Virus record (IMG/VR): IMGVR_UViG_3300033233_000014
Coordinates: 1-64,000 of that record
Length of the DNA stretch: 64,000 bases
Origin: a virus
Strand: one strand, 5' to 3'
Shown: piece by piece, positions 36,358 through 45,935 of the stretch
Numbering within the stretch: position 1 is the stretch's first letter
Layout: every line of letters begins with the position of its first letter
Translations under genes and position numbers: made by a program
The notes under the pieces: generated by a model
Told to the model about the DNA's origin: nothing
Database searches by the model: none
Seen by the model: the letters and a program-made list of their open reading frames with translations, nothing else

Positions 36358-37128
36358 TTAGTAGACCGGCGCGGCCGGCGGCGGGTTGCCAGTGCCGTAC
36401 TGCTTGGACTCGGTCCGCAGCGGCGCCGACGTCGGATCCTTCGGGTGCGCCCAGGCCCCGAACTGCCCGGGGGCGAGCCCGACCTGCCCGCCCATGCGGG
36501 CGAGCGACGAGCGGATCGCCGGCCCGTGCGTGGCGAGGCCCGTCTGCGCCGCGACGATCTTCGGCTTCATCTCCACGTTGCCCTGGCGCGCGAAGGAACC
36601 CAACTCGTCAGCCTCCGCGGGCGGCACGCCCTGCGAACCCGCGCCCGGGATGCCCTGGCTCGGGACGCTCGGCTGCTTGGCGGGCTCCACGACCTTGTCG
36701 ATCACCATGTCGCCGCCGCGGGCCCGCGCCACCGCCGGCGAGAGGCTCTTCTCGGGCGTCGAATCCGGCGTCGAGTCCGGCGTCGAGTCCGGCGTCGTGC
36801 CGTCCTTCTTCCCGCCGAAGAGCACGGGGCCGCCCGGCGTTCCGGCCGGCGGCGCCGCTCCGGGGAAGGGCTTCCCCTTCGCCTTCTCGACGTTGCCGGC
36901 GCGGGCGTGCTCTGCGAGCCCCGCCTTCGTCATCGGCGTCGTGCCCGGCGTCGTGCCCGGCGACGAGCCCTCGGGCGTCGTGCCCGGCGACGAGCCCGGC
37001 GTCGTCTCGTCTGGCGTCGTGCCCGGCGTGGTGCCGTGCCGCGCCTTCTCGACGCTGCCCTCGCGAGCCTTCTCCCCCTTGGAGACGTGCCCGCCCTGAC
37101 CACCCCGCGCGTATCCGGCGAGACCCAT
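36358..37128 (-). CDS. Low-complexity protein with (T/S)(T/S)P(G/D/E) repeats
   Basis: 12-bp tandem repeats at 36755-36800 and 36935-37035. Confidence 0.6.
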   Translation of the reverse strand: MGLAGYARGGQGGHVSKGEKAREGSVEKARHGTTPGTTPDETTPGSSPGTTPEGSSPGTTPGTTPMTKAGLAEHARAGNVEKAKGKPFPGAAPPAGTPGGPVLFGGKKDGTTPDSTPDSTPDSTPEKSLSPAVARARGGDMVIDKVVEPAKQPSVPSQGIPGAGSQGVPPAEADELGSFARQGNVEMKPKIVAAQTGLATHGPAIRSSLARMGGQVGLAPGQFGAWAHPKDPTSAPLRTESKQYGTGNPPPAAPVY

Positions 37129-37157
37129 GCGCTACCTCCCTCTCTGGTTGGCGTCCA

Positions 37158-38015
37158 TCATACTTCCCCGGTCGGCAAAGCCAAGGGCTCGAGTCGGAGA
37201 ACCATCGTGGTGTCCCGAGCCGAGATCGGCATCCGCCCGTGGTCCTTGCTCTTCTCCGCTTCGTTCTCCGGCTCGAGTTCCATGCCCCAGAGACGCTCTT
37301 CCCGAACCGTCTCGAGGCCGTCGAGCGACATCGGCCCCAGGCCGGGCGGGAATGCTTCCTTCGTCACGACGGCCAGGCCCATGAAGATCTTCTTCACCCG
37401 CGCCGGCCCCGGCACGAAGGGCAGATCGAACTTCGCCCCGTGGAGGCCGGTGTCGAACCATTGGAGCGGGATCACCCGGTCCCCGACCCGCAGCGTCGGC
37501 GGCCCCGGCTTCTCTGGGCTGTCCTGTGTCGGCCGGTCAAGGACGCCGCCCGTCTCCTTCTGGAACGTGCCCACCAGCAACGCGGCCGGCGGCACCTCGA
37601 GGATGCCGCGCTCGAACATCAACCGGCCGGTGTACTGCGTCACCGGCACGGCGCCGTTGGAGAGCGCGCTCTCCAGCATCTCGCGCGCTCGATCCGTCAT
37701 CGGCAACTTGTCGAAGCCGCTCTGCTGGAGCGCCTTCTCGACCACGGACAGCCCCGCCGCATCCGCGTGCTCCGCGGACTTCTCGACGGCGACGGGGCTA
37801 GGCCGAGGGTTTGCGGACCCCCGGCGTCGCTGGATCTCGGTCCAGCACTTCTCGACCATCGCCTCGGCCTGTTCCTGCTCGCTCGGCCGCTGGATCTTCG
37901 GGAAGAGTTCCGCCGGCCGGTGGATGCCGTCCAGCGTCGTGCGCAGCGACTTGTGGATCAGGGCGGACCGCTCAGAGAGCGAGCCGCTGGAATAGACATC
38001 GCGTCCCTTGTTCAT
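37158..38015 (-). CDS. Hypothetical head-module protein
   Basis: ATGA overlap; repeated VEK(A/S/C) motifs. Confidence 0.6.
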   Translation of the reverse strand: MNKGRDVYSSGSLSERSALIHKSLRTTLDGIHRPAELFPKIQRPSEQEQAEAMVEKCWTEIQRRRGSANPRPSPVAVEKSAEHADAAGLSVVEKALQQSGFDKLPMTDRAREMLESALSNGAVPVTQYTGRLMFERGILEVPPAALLVGTFQKETGGVLDRPTQDSPEKPGPPTLRVGDRVIPLQWFDTGLHGAKFDLPFVPGPARVKKIFMGLAVVTKEAFPPGLGPMSLDGLETVREERLWGMELEPENEAEKSKDHGRMPISARDTTMVLRLEPLALPTGEV

Positions 38016-39250
38016 GCGGGCTGCGCCTCCTTTGCCTTGGCGAAGGCCGCGGCACCGTTCGCCTCGAACCACTCGAGCACGGCGTCGACGTCCTTTTCCT
38101 CGAATCCCAGATCCGCCATTTCCTCCCCGTCGGCCGCGTCCAGCGCCTTGATCTTGCCGGCCTTCCGCCCGATGAAGGCGCAGAGCGCCTCGGGATCCTT
38201 GACCCCACCCTTCTTCCGCATGGCCGCGACGCAGCCCTCGAAGCCCCCGACGAACTCGCCGGACGGCTGCACGCGACCAAGCCCCTTCGGCTTGGCCTTG
38301 GCGAGCACCGCCGGGGCAGCGGCCCCTTCCGCCCGCGTCTGCGCGAACATGGCCGAGATCTTCTCCCGGACCGCCGCACAGCTCTCCTCCACCGTCCGGG
38401 CGCAGACCGGCTGCTCCTTCAGCGACACCATGATCGTGCCCGGGGTCCAGAGGATGCGGTGCGAGTGGGCGTGCCCGCCGACCGGCGCCTGGTCCGGCGC
38501 CGTCCGGGCGTCGAGCGCGCCGTCTGTGCTGAGCGCCGCCTCGATCATGTGCGCGTGGCCGTCGTTGAAGGACGAGAAGCCCTTCACCCGGAAGCCGTTC
38601 GCGTCGGGGTACGGCGAGAGGTGGAACTCGTGCCGGTGCCCATCCTGCATCTCCGTGGTCCCGTGGAGCACCGACGGCATGTCGCCGATCCCCCGGACGG
38701 GCATGCCCTGGGACGGGTGCAGCGTCCCGCCGCTCATCATCCCGACGGTCGAGATGCCCGGCGAGTGCATGGACGCCTGTCCCCCCTGGGCCGGCATCCC
38801 GTCCTTCTCCGCGAGCCCGACCTCGCCAACCACGCCCGGCGCGACCCAGATCGCCCGCACCGTCACCGGCTGCAGGCGCTCGATCGGGACGTAGTGCGCG
38901 TGCTGGTCGAACACCTGCGCCTGGCCCGCCACGTCGCGGTCCTCGAGCCAGCGCTCGACCAGCGACAGATCAGGGAAGCGTGTGGCCTGGAAGTAGAGGC
39001 CGCCGAGCACCAGATTCGGCGCGGCCCGCTCGATCCGGCACTCGTTCAGGGCGCCGGTGAAGGTCTGCTCCCCCTCCATCTCCCCGGCCCGGATGGTCTT
39101 CATGGCGGAGTTGCAGTACGAGCACGTATGCCGCTGCCCGATGTACTGGGGCCGCCACTTGATGATCGTGCCGACGCAGCAGCCCAGCATCTTGCCGATG
39201 ACCTCGATGCCGAGGCGGCCTTCCCATTGCGACTTCGTGGCGACAGCCAT
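38012..39250 (-). CDS. Hypothetical Cys/His-rich protein
   Basis: CC, CSYC, GHRH / GHAH / HAHSH; GFEGCV..M...DPEALCA motif. Confidence 0.65.
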   Translation of the reverse strand: MAVATKSQWEGRLGIEVIGKMLGCCVGTIIKWRPQYIGQRHTCSYCNSAMKTIRAGEMEGEQTFTGALNECRIERAAPNLVLGGLYFQATRFPDLSLVERWLEDRDVAGQAQVFDQHAHYVPIERLQPVTVRAIWVAPGVVGEVGLAEKDGMPAQGGQASMHSPGISTVGMMSGGTLHPSQGMPVRGIGDMPSVLHGTTEMQDGHRHEFHLSPYPDANGFRVKGFSSFNDGHAHMIEAALSTDGALDARTAPDQAPVGGHAHSHRILWTPGTIMVSLKEQPVCARTVEESCAAVREKISAMFAQTRAEGAAAPAVLAKAKPKGLGRVQPSGEFVGGFEGCVAAMRKKGGVKDPEALCAFIGRKAGKIKALDAADGEEMADLGFEEKDVDAVLEWFEANGAAAFAKAKEAQPA

Positions 39251-39277
39251 GTGTGCTCCTTCTCCTTGATCCTCTGC

Positions 39278-40225
39278 CTAGAACGCGCTCGCGTCGATCA
39301 CGCCGGTGGCATCGAAGCACCCGACCAGGCGCACCGGCACCGGCGCGAGAATCTGTCCGGCCGCCACCAACGTCTCGTTGAACCGGCAGTTCGTGATGAT
39401 GCCCTTGTTGGCCCCGCCCGCGGACAAGTCGACGTACACCCCCGCGCCATCCGTGAGGAAGTCGCAGTCCTCGACCACGCAGTTGAGGAAGGTCGTGTCG
39501 TTCGACCCGGCGGTGTCCGTGTCCCTGATGTCGACGCCGTTGTCGTAGAACCGGCACCCCCGCACCTCGACGTCCGTCGGGCCCACGCCGCCCTCGACGC
39601 CCAGCCCCGGGTTCACGAAGCGCAGCCCGACGCTCGTCGCGCCCCGGAAGAGGCAACCGAAGATCTGCCCTTCGGACGCCGTGAACGAGTCGTCGTCCTT
39701 GTCCGGACGCAACTCGAGGCCATCGGTCCCGTTCCCGTCGAACACGCAGTCCGCGTAGAGGAAGCCGTTACCCTGCTGCCGCACCGCCACGAACGCGCCC
39801 GGCGACGCGAACCGGATGTGCCGGCAGACGAAGCCCTGCGCGTGGACGGCGAGCGGGATGCCCGCGGCCCCCACCACGTCCGGCCGGTCGTAGCCGCCGG
39901 GGCAGAACCCGATGAGCGAGATTCCGTCCTTCGTGACGACGACATTCTCGGCGTAGGTGCCTGGCGCGCAGTAGATGGTGTCGCAGCGGCCGGAGACGGC
40001 GATGGCGAGCGCCCGGGTGATGGTCTTGACGGCGGTGTCCCAGGACTGCCCCGTGCTCAGGTCGTTTCCTGTGGCGGGATCGACGAAGATCGCCTGCCCC
40101 CGGAAGGTGTTGTCCCAGACGCGCTGGAAGCCGGCCGCGATCTGATCGCGCTCCAGCTCGAGTTCGTCGATGAAGTTTCCGACGACTGCCTTGTTGCCCC
40201 GAACATAGAAGCCTTGCGCGCCCAT
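39278..40225 (-). CDS. Right-handed beta-helix (pectin-lyase-fold) protein
   Basis: FVDPATGND..TG.SW.TA.KTI..A...DTIYCAPGTY.E; C.F repeats. Confidence 0.8.
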   Translation of the reverse strand: MGAQGFYVRGNKAVVGNFIDELELERDQIAAGFQRVWDNTFRGQAIFVDPATGNDLSTGQSWDTAVKTITRALAIAVSGRCDTIYCAPGTYAENVVVTKDGISLIGFCPGGYDRPDVVGAAGIPLAVHAQGFVCRHIRFASPGAFVAVRQQGNGFLYADCVFDGNGTDGLELRPDKDDDSFTASEGQIFGCLFRGATSVGLRFVNPGLGVEGGVGPTDVEVRGCRFYDNGVDIRDTDTAGSNDTTFLNCVVEDCDFLTDGAGVYVDLSAGGANKGIITNCRFNETLVAAGQILAPVPVRLVGCFDATGVIDASAF

Positions 40226-40228
40226 CGT

Positions 40229-41044
40229 CTACTCCTTCGTGGCCTCGGCCTCTGCGCCGATGTCGGCCTCTTCCCGGATCTCCTCGACGCCGATTCGGTC
40301 GAGGATCGCGTTGCCCGCATCCCGCGAGAGCAGCCCGATCTGGATGGCGTTGGCGACGATGTAGCCCTTGGCGCGCCGCGCCGTCTCGCCCCCCAACCCT
40401 TCCCGCACGGCATCGATGCTCTCGAACGCCTCCGAGATGAAGTCCGGGAGGGCCGTCTTGACCACCGCGTGCTCTTCGCCTGCCGGCACCAGCGCCGGCT
40501 CGGCCGGCGTGGGCTTCTCGATCTTGTCCCGCTTCTTCGCCAGGATCGTCGCCATGTCCCGGAGCGCCGCCGCGTTGGCGAGCCAGAACGCCTTCTGCTT
40601 CTCGCCCTCGGGCGACTGCGCCGCCCCCATCACCCGCACGCGCTCCATGTAGGTGTTGGCGACGCCCTCGGCCTTGCCGACGGCCTGGTTGAGGCTCTTC
40701 CACTCGTCCGGCTCGGTGCCCGTCTGCATCGCCTTCGGCGCGTAGTGGAGGAAGCCTTCCTTGAGGCCGGTCGCCCCCTGCTTCTCCGCCTGCCGGATCC
40801 GCACCCGGGACCGGCGCTCGTAGGTCTGCGCGCGGGCTTCCAACTCCTCGGCCGGCAGCGCCGCGTTGACGTTGAAGACCGCGTTCGCCTCTTCGGCGAA
40901 CCGTCCGAACTCGTCGCGCCAGGGATTGCCGGCCTTCTCGATCATCTCGACGGCGACTCCTGCCCCCGGCTGTGGATGCTTCTCGACCTGGCCGAGCGCA
41001 CCTACAAACCGGAGTCCGTAGCGGAGGCTATCCCGCGTGTGCAT
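40229..41044 (-). CDS. Hypothetical head-module protein
   Basis: GGAGG RBS; NPWRDEFGRFA motif seen in phage head-associated proteins. Confidence 0.6.
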   Translation of the reverse strand: MHTRDSLRYGLRFVGALGQVEKHPQPGAGVAVEMIEKAGNPWRDEFGRFAEEANAVFNVNAALPAEELEARAQTYERRSRVRIRQAEKQGATGLKEGFLHYAPKAMQTGTEPDEWKSLNQAVGKAEGVANTYMERVRVMGAAQSPEGEKQKAFWLANAAALRDMATILAKKRDKIEKPTPAEPALVPAGEEHAVVKTALPDFISEAFESIDAVREGLGGETARRAKGYIVANAIQIGLLSRDAGNAILDRIGVEEIREEADIGAEAEATKE

Positions 41045-41129
41045 GCGGTCCTCCCGGCGAATCCAACTCGCCGGAGCCTCCAACGGTACGCTGGCGGCTC
41101 CGGCGCGTCAAGCAGATTGGCCCGTCCGA

Positions 41130-41435
41130 CTAGACCGGCGCCGGGGCGACGAGATCGGTGACGACGCCGGCGTTGTTGACCTCTTGGGCCCGGTAGCCCG
41201 TGGAGGGGCCGCCGGAGTCCTTCACGCCCTGCGCGAGCGCGTCCGCCGTGTTCTGCGAACTGTCGCCGTCGGCGACCGTCGCCTTCATGCCCCCGAGCGG
41301 CGAGCGCCACAGGCCGGTGACCGGCTTCGAGCCGACGGCGTCGAACACCTTCTTCGCCGCGCGCTCGAGGACACGGGCATCCGTCCCGAACTGCTGCCCG
41401 ATGGGCGGGAACGACACGAAGATCTGCTTCGACAT
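41130..41435 (-). CDS. Hypothetical protein
   Basis: AGGAGG RBS. Confidence 0.55.
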   Translation of the reverse strand: MSKQIFVSFPPIGQQFGTDARVLERAAKKVFDAVGSKPVTGLWRSPLGGMKATVADGDSSQNTADALAQGVKDSGGPSTGYRAQEVNNAGVVTDLVAPAPV

Positions 41436-41482
41436 GTGAGCCTCCTACGGGCCGGCGGCATGCCGCGCCCGCTGCCCGTCCA

Positions 41483-43363
41483 TCATACCACGATCACCTG
41501 TCCATCGCTTGTTTTCTTGCGTTGCGGACGTTCCACCTGGATCAACGAGGACCGAGGAACGTTCGGCAGTTCGGGCGTCGGCCGCGCCACCCCCTCGAAG
41601 CCCGGCAGCAACTTGGCGAAGTCCCGGAGCGTGGGCGCCGGGGGTTCCGCCGGCACGTCGAGGTCCGCCGCGAAGTGCTCCTCGAAGGAGTAGTGGAGCA
41701 TGGCACACATCAGGGCGTCCGGCCCGTGGTCCTCCACCTTGATCGGCTTCCCCGTCCGATCGAGCCGATACCGCTTCAACTGCTCGATGAGGCCGTTGAG
41801 ATCCTGACGGATGTGAAATCGCCCCGCCGTCGTGAAGAATTTCGTGACGTTGCCGATGCCGTAGTCCTTGAAACGGTTGAAGGGGACGGCGCGCAGGTCG
41901 AAGCCCGCCTGCTCGACCTCGAGGTTGTTGAACGGGTGGCTCGCGTCCCCGTAGACGTAGAACTTCTCCTGCCCGTATTCCTCGGCCCACGTCCAGAGCA
42001 CCTTGATGGCCTCGGGCGTGAGCTTGCCGGTCATGTAGTGCGCGTCGACGACGATGACGCAGCGGTCGAACGGTGGCCGGAGCGGCATGCCTGCATTCTG
42101 CGCCGATGGCGGGGGCGCGCCCGTCGGCACGTCGCAGAGCAGCGCCAGCACCAGCGCCGTCTGTCCCTCGAGCCCCCAGTCGATGCCGGCCGACTTCTGG
42201 ATCACCCGCGTGCCCTCGGGCGGGAACGTCTCCGGCACCAGCGCCCGCTCGATCCACTCGACGTCGTAGACCGGCCGCATCCAGTCCGGGCGCTCGTTCG
42301 CGTACTCGGTCTCGAAGATGTTGGTGCCGCGGTTCATCTTCTGCGCGGTGAGCACGGCGTGCCGCGTGAGGAAGCCGTGGCCGCTCCGCGCCCGGCCGTG
42401 GCAGCCTTTCACGGATATGCCGATCGGCTTCCCGTCCACGTCGAGTTGCGTCTTCTGCCAGGTGAGCGGGCATTGCTCCCGGCAGAACTTGAGCGCCGTG
42501 GGATCATCGGCCGTCGCCGTCTCGAGGCCCACATCGCAGCGTTCCATCGCCTCGAACACGTCCCAGTTGTAGCGCTTGAAGCCGCGCTCGGAGGCGTAGT
42601 CCCAGATCTCCTGAAAGAGGCCCACCGGGTGGTGGAACGTCGAGACGAGCACCACCATGTGATCCGGCTCCGACATCGCGTTCTGCATGGCGGCCATGAT
42701 GAGCCGGTCGACGCCCTCGGCATCCTGGCAGGACTCGTCGGAGACGAACCCCGGGTTGTGCTTGCCGCGCGCCTGCTTCTCCGACGCCGAGATCAGCTGA
42801 ATCATCGCGCCGGTCTTGAGGCGCGTCATGGTGAGCAGCGGCTCCCCGTCGAGGAAGGCCGCCGAGAGATCCGGGAAGTTGGCCCAGAAGTCCTTCGTGT
42901 AGCGGTAGATGATCTTCGCCTGCTCCTGCGCCCCGGCCATGTTGGTGAAGGACATCCGGTGGTAGATGACCGAGAGCCAGAGCAGGAGCGAGGTGCAGAA
43001 CGATCCGCCCGAGCCGCGGCCCTTCCACACGATCGCAAGCGAATGCCGCCGGAAGAACATGTCGCCGAGGAACTCGACCATCATGGGCGTCAACTTGACC
43101 TTCCGCTGCACGCCGTCCTTGAGGACGCTGAGCTTGGTCTCGATGAACGTCTTCATCTCGTGGTTCTCGCGGGCGATCCGCCGCTCCGGCGTCTCTCCGG
43201 GCGGCGGCGCCCGCAGCAGATCCGGCAACCCGTAGGACGTCGGGTTCTCGGCGACCATGCGCCGCTTGATCTCGGTGTCGATGGACTGCAGCGTAGCCAG
43301 CGAAGCGCGGACTTCCCGCATCTGCTCGCCGGTCGACCGATTCGCGCTAGTCTTCGTGGCCAT
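41483..43363 (-). CDS. terL: Terminase large subunit
   Basis: Deviant Walker A KGRGSGGS, Walker B FVSDE, coupling motif VST, nuclease GIDWG and DHGPDAL. Confidence 0.9.
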   Translation of the reverse strand: MATKTSANRSTGEQMREVRASLATLQSIDTEIKRRMVAENPTSYGLPDLLRAPPPGETPERRIARENHEMKTFIETKLSVLKDGVQRKVKLTPMMVEFLGDMFFRRHSLAIVWKGRGSGGSFCTSLLLWLSVIYHRMSFTNMAGAQEQAKIIYRYTKDFWANFPDLSAAFLDGEPLLTMTRLKTGAMIQLISASEKQARGKHNPGFVSDESCQDAEGVDRLIMAAMQNAMSEPDHMVVLVSTFHHPVGLFQEIWDYASERGFKRYNWDVFEAMERCDVGLETATADDPTALKFCREQCPLTWQKTQLDVDGKPIGISVKGCHGRARSGHGFLTRHAVLTAQKMNRGTNIFETEYANERPDWMRPVYDVEWIERALVPETFPPEGTRVIQKSAGIDWGLEGQTALVLALLCDVPTGAPPPSAQNAGMPLRPPFDRCVIVVDAHYMTGKLTPEAIKVLWTWAEEYGQEKFYVYGDASHPFNNLEVEQAGFDLRAVPFNRFKDYGIGNVTKFFTTAGRFHIRQDLNGLIEQLKRYRLDRTGKPIKVEDHGPDALMCAMLHYSFEEHFAADLDVPAEPPAPTLRDFAKLLPGFEGVARPTPELPNVPRSSLIQVERPQRKKTSDGQVIVV

Positions 43364-43928
43364 TCGCCTGGGCGCCGTTCGTGCCGTGGCTGGTCAGCGG
43401 GGGCTGCGTCTCCTCTAGGAGCGTACTCTTCGGGGCGGCGACGAGCCCACCGAAGCCCATCCTCGCAATCTGCTCGAGCACCTGCTCCCGCCGCTTCATC
43501 AACTCGACCATCGAGAGCTTCGCCACGTCGATGTCGAGTTGCACCGTCGGCGCCCGCTCGATGATCCCGGCGTCCGTCATGAGCTTGAGCCGCTTCTCAA
43601 TCGCCTGCATGGCGATGAGCAGGTACTGGCTCTTGGCGTGGTGGTTCCCCGCCTGCGAGAAGTGGTACATCGCCTCCTGCTTGAGTTCCTGCATCTCAGC
43701 CGCCGCCACCCCGACCTCGGCGAAGGTGTCGGCGTTGGCCGCCAACTCCCGGAGGTTCTGCCGGATCCACTCCGCATCCGTAGCGACGCACTTGCGTCGG
43801 ACCCCGAGCGTCTTGGCGATGACCGTCTTGTTGATGCCCCGCATCAAGAGACGGAAGACCTCGAGGCGGCGGTTGCGCGTCTCTTCAGCGGACGGCTTGC
43901 GGTCGTAGCGCCGGAAAGTGGCCGGCAT
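43347..43928 (-). CDS. Probable terminase small subunit (N-terminal HTH)
   Basis: RRLEVFRLLMRG....IAKTLGV....V..D; overlaps terL start. Confidence 0.7.
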   Translation of the reverse strand: MPATFRRYDRKPSAEETRNRRLEVFRLLMRGINKTVIAKTLGVRRKCVATDAEWIRQNLRELAANADTFAEVGVAAAEMQELKQEAMYHFSQAGNHHAKSQYLLIAMQAIEKRLKLMTDAGIIERAPTVQLDIDVAKLSMVELMKRREQVLEQIARMGFGGLVAAPKSTLLEETQPPLTSHGTNGAQANGHED

Positions 43929-43972
43929 CGCAGCCCTACCCTACTGGACGTCCGCGTCCGACAGCAAGCACG

Positions 43973-44377
43973 CTACGCCTCCGCCTTGGGCTTCTTCCGC
44001 ACTCCCACACCCTTCGCCACCTCGGTCCGGATGAACTTGATCGCGTAGGAGTTGGCCGTGCCGTCCGGGTAGATGAGCCGGAAGGCGATCGCGCGCTGGA
44101 GCAGCGGATCGAGCCGGATGACCTCGATCTGGAGCACCGCCGCCAGATCCTCCCGCTTGAAGCGCGTGCCGCCCCAGAGCCACTCCCAGCGCAGGGCCTC
44201 CTCCGTCGGAGGCGCTTTCTCGGGCTCGGTGAACTCCACTGGCGTGAGGGACCAGGCCACGACCAGGTTCCGCAGGATCGGATCGGCGAGCAGCGGGTGG
44301 ATGACCTCCATCCGCGCATCCTCCTGCGTCCGGAAGATCCGGAGGATCTCGCTCGCGCGGGCGTTCACGCTGTCCAT
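43973..44377 (-). CDS. Hypothetical protein
   Basis: Packed ORF from MDSVNA. Confidence 0.55.
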   Translation of the reverse strand: MDSVNARASEILRIFRTQEDARMEVIHPLLADPILRNLVVAWSLTPVEFTEPEKAPPTEEALRWEWLWGGTRFKREDLAAVLQIEVIRLDPLLQRAIAFRLIYPDGTANSYAIKFIRTEVAKGVGVRKKPKAEA

Positions 44378-45036
44378 CGCAACCGCAGTCCCATGTAGAG
44401 GTAGAGTTCGTTCCAGTCCCACCGCACCCCGATGCCCGGCTGATAGGTGAAGCGGATCCGGGCCGCCTCGATGACCTTGAAGCCGCGCTCGATGGCGTAG
44501 GCCAGCATTGCGTTCATCGTGAAGGGCGCGATGACGCGCGAGTGCCAGATCTTCCACCCCTCCGGAATCCCGATGCGCTGGCGCACAACCTGGGACATCC
44601 GGCCGACGGCGTTGTTCACCGGCACGTTGCAGTAGGTGAGGAAGACCGTGATCTCCTCACCCTTGAAGCTCTCGAGCAGCGCCTCCCAGATCACCCACGG
44701 CTCGCCGTAGGTGTCGATGTCGACGACGTCCGCCTCCCACGCCGTCTGCGCGAGCCAGCGCTCGGCCGTGATCTTCACGATGGCGCCCCCGACGCGCTTC
44801 TTGTCGAGCCCCAGGTACTGGACCGCGTACTCCTGGCGGAGTTGCGTCCAGATGGCCTGCTTCTCCCCGGCACAGCAGTCGATCACCCGGAAGGATTTGG
44901 CCCTCGGCATCGGGTACTTGGTGAGGAAGTAGCGCCGCAGCGCGAGCTTCTCCGGCAGGTACTGGTTGTCCTGCTGCCCGCCGATGCGCAGGGGCGCCGT
45001 GGTGACGTGGATCGACTTCCCGGCCGGCGCGCTCAT
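44365..45036 (-). CDS. Putative SAM-dependent methyltransferase-like protein
   Basis: VIDCCAG motif I; VVDIDTYGEPW (DxDxYGxP). Confidence 0.6.
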   Translation of the reverse strand: MSAPAGKSIHVTTAPLRIGGQQDNQYLPEKLALRRYFLTKYPMPRAKSFRVIDCCAGEKQAIWTQLRQEYAVQYLGLDKKRVGGAIVKITAERWLAQTAWEADVVDIDTYGEPWVIWEALLESFKGEEITVFLTYCNVPVNNAVGRMSQVVRQRIGIPEGWKIWHSRVIAPFTMNAMLAYAIERGFKVIEAARIRFTYQPGIGVRWDWNELYLYMGLRLRWTA

Positions 45037-45611
45037 CGAATGATCTGGTCGTACATCACACCCTCGACCTTGCTGATGGCCTCGAGGTGCGGTGCGATCT
45101 CCGAGAGACGTCCTGCTGGGATGGCCACGAGCGCCCAGACCATCTGCGGGGGTGGCGCCACCAGCACCTGATCGATGGCGAACTGCCGCTGCGCCCGCTT
45201 CTCCTCAGCCTCGAGCTTCGCCTGCAGTTCCTCGACGAGATCGTCCGCGCGCAGCCCCTTCAACACGTCGTCGGCCACGCCATCGAGCACGGCCTGGAGA
45301 TCCGACGTCCACTCTCCCTGCAGTTTCGGGTTGTTCAGCGTGACGTTGAGTGCCTTCTCCTCGTCGTCGGTGAGTGCGATGAGCGCGACCGGCACCTCCG
45401 TCGCTCCCGTCTCCCGGAGCGCCACGAGCCGCTGGTGGCCGCCGACGACGTGCATGTTCCGCTGGTTGACCACGATCTCCTGCACCATCCCGAACCGCTC
45501 GATGGACGTCCGCAGGCCCGCCTTGGCCTCGTCGGACATCTTCCGCGGGTTGTAGGGCGAGGGGACGAGACGCTCGAGGGGCAGCGTCGTGCGCTCAACC
45601 GCGCGGGGCAT
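45033..45611 (-). CDS. ParB/Srx-like N-terminal domain protein
   Basis: PSPYNPRKMS, SIERFG, VVGGHQRL, EKALNVTLN. Confidence 0.85.
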   Translation of the reverse strand: MPRAVERTTLPLERLVPSPYNPRKMSDEAKAGLRTSIERFGMVQEIVVNQRNMHVVGGHQRLVALRETGATEVPVALIALTDDEEKALNVTLNNPKLQGEWTSDLQAVLDGVADDVLKGLRADDLVEELQAKLEAEEKRAQRQFAIDQVLVAPPPQMVWALVAIPAGRLSEIAPHLEAISKVEGVMYDQIIR

Positions 45612-45655
45612 GACAGAAGTGTACCCGTTGGGAGCAAAGATGGGAGCCCCTTGTC

Positions 45656-45676
45656 GACTGCAGACCGTCTGCAGTC
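45656..45676. repeat. 21-bp palindrome copy 3
   Basis: Identical to copy 1; ~45 bp upstream of the ParB-like gene. Confidence 0.85.
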
Positions 45677-45678
45677 GG

Positions 45679-45933
45679 CTACGGCATCCATCCGACCAGC
45701 CGCACGAACTCGTGCCAGCCGCACCCCTTGTAGGGACACACGCAACTCGGCGTCACGGTCCCGTCGGCCGCAATCTGGTGAATCGTGGGCGTCTGCAAGG
45801 TGCCCTCGTGCCCGTTCCCGCAGGACAGCAACACCAGGACGCTGTTGCCTGGCTGCAGGGGCCCGTCCCAGGTGAGCGGCGGACACCAGCCCGGATAGCC
45901 GCGGTTCGGCGGCGCCCGATGAAGGTCGACCAT
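45679..45933 (-). CDS. Small Cys/His protein, paralogue B (DUF6527-like)
   Basis: CGNGH...H.IAADGTVTPS.VCP..GCGWHE.VRL.GW. Confidence 0.7.
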   Translation of the reverse strand: MVDLHRAPPNRGYPGWCPPLTWDGPLQPGNSVLVLLSCGNGHEGTLQTPTIHQIAADGTVTPSCVCPYKGCGWHEFVRLVGWMP

Positions 45934-45935
45934 CG

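Noticed and set aside
45656-45676. Canonical parS site
   Set aside because: Does not match TGTTTCACGTGAAACA; the adjacent ParB-like protein shows no obvious HTH and no ParA is present.
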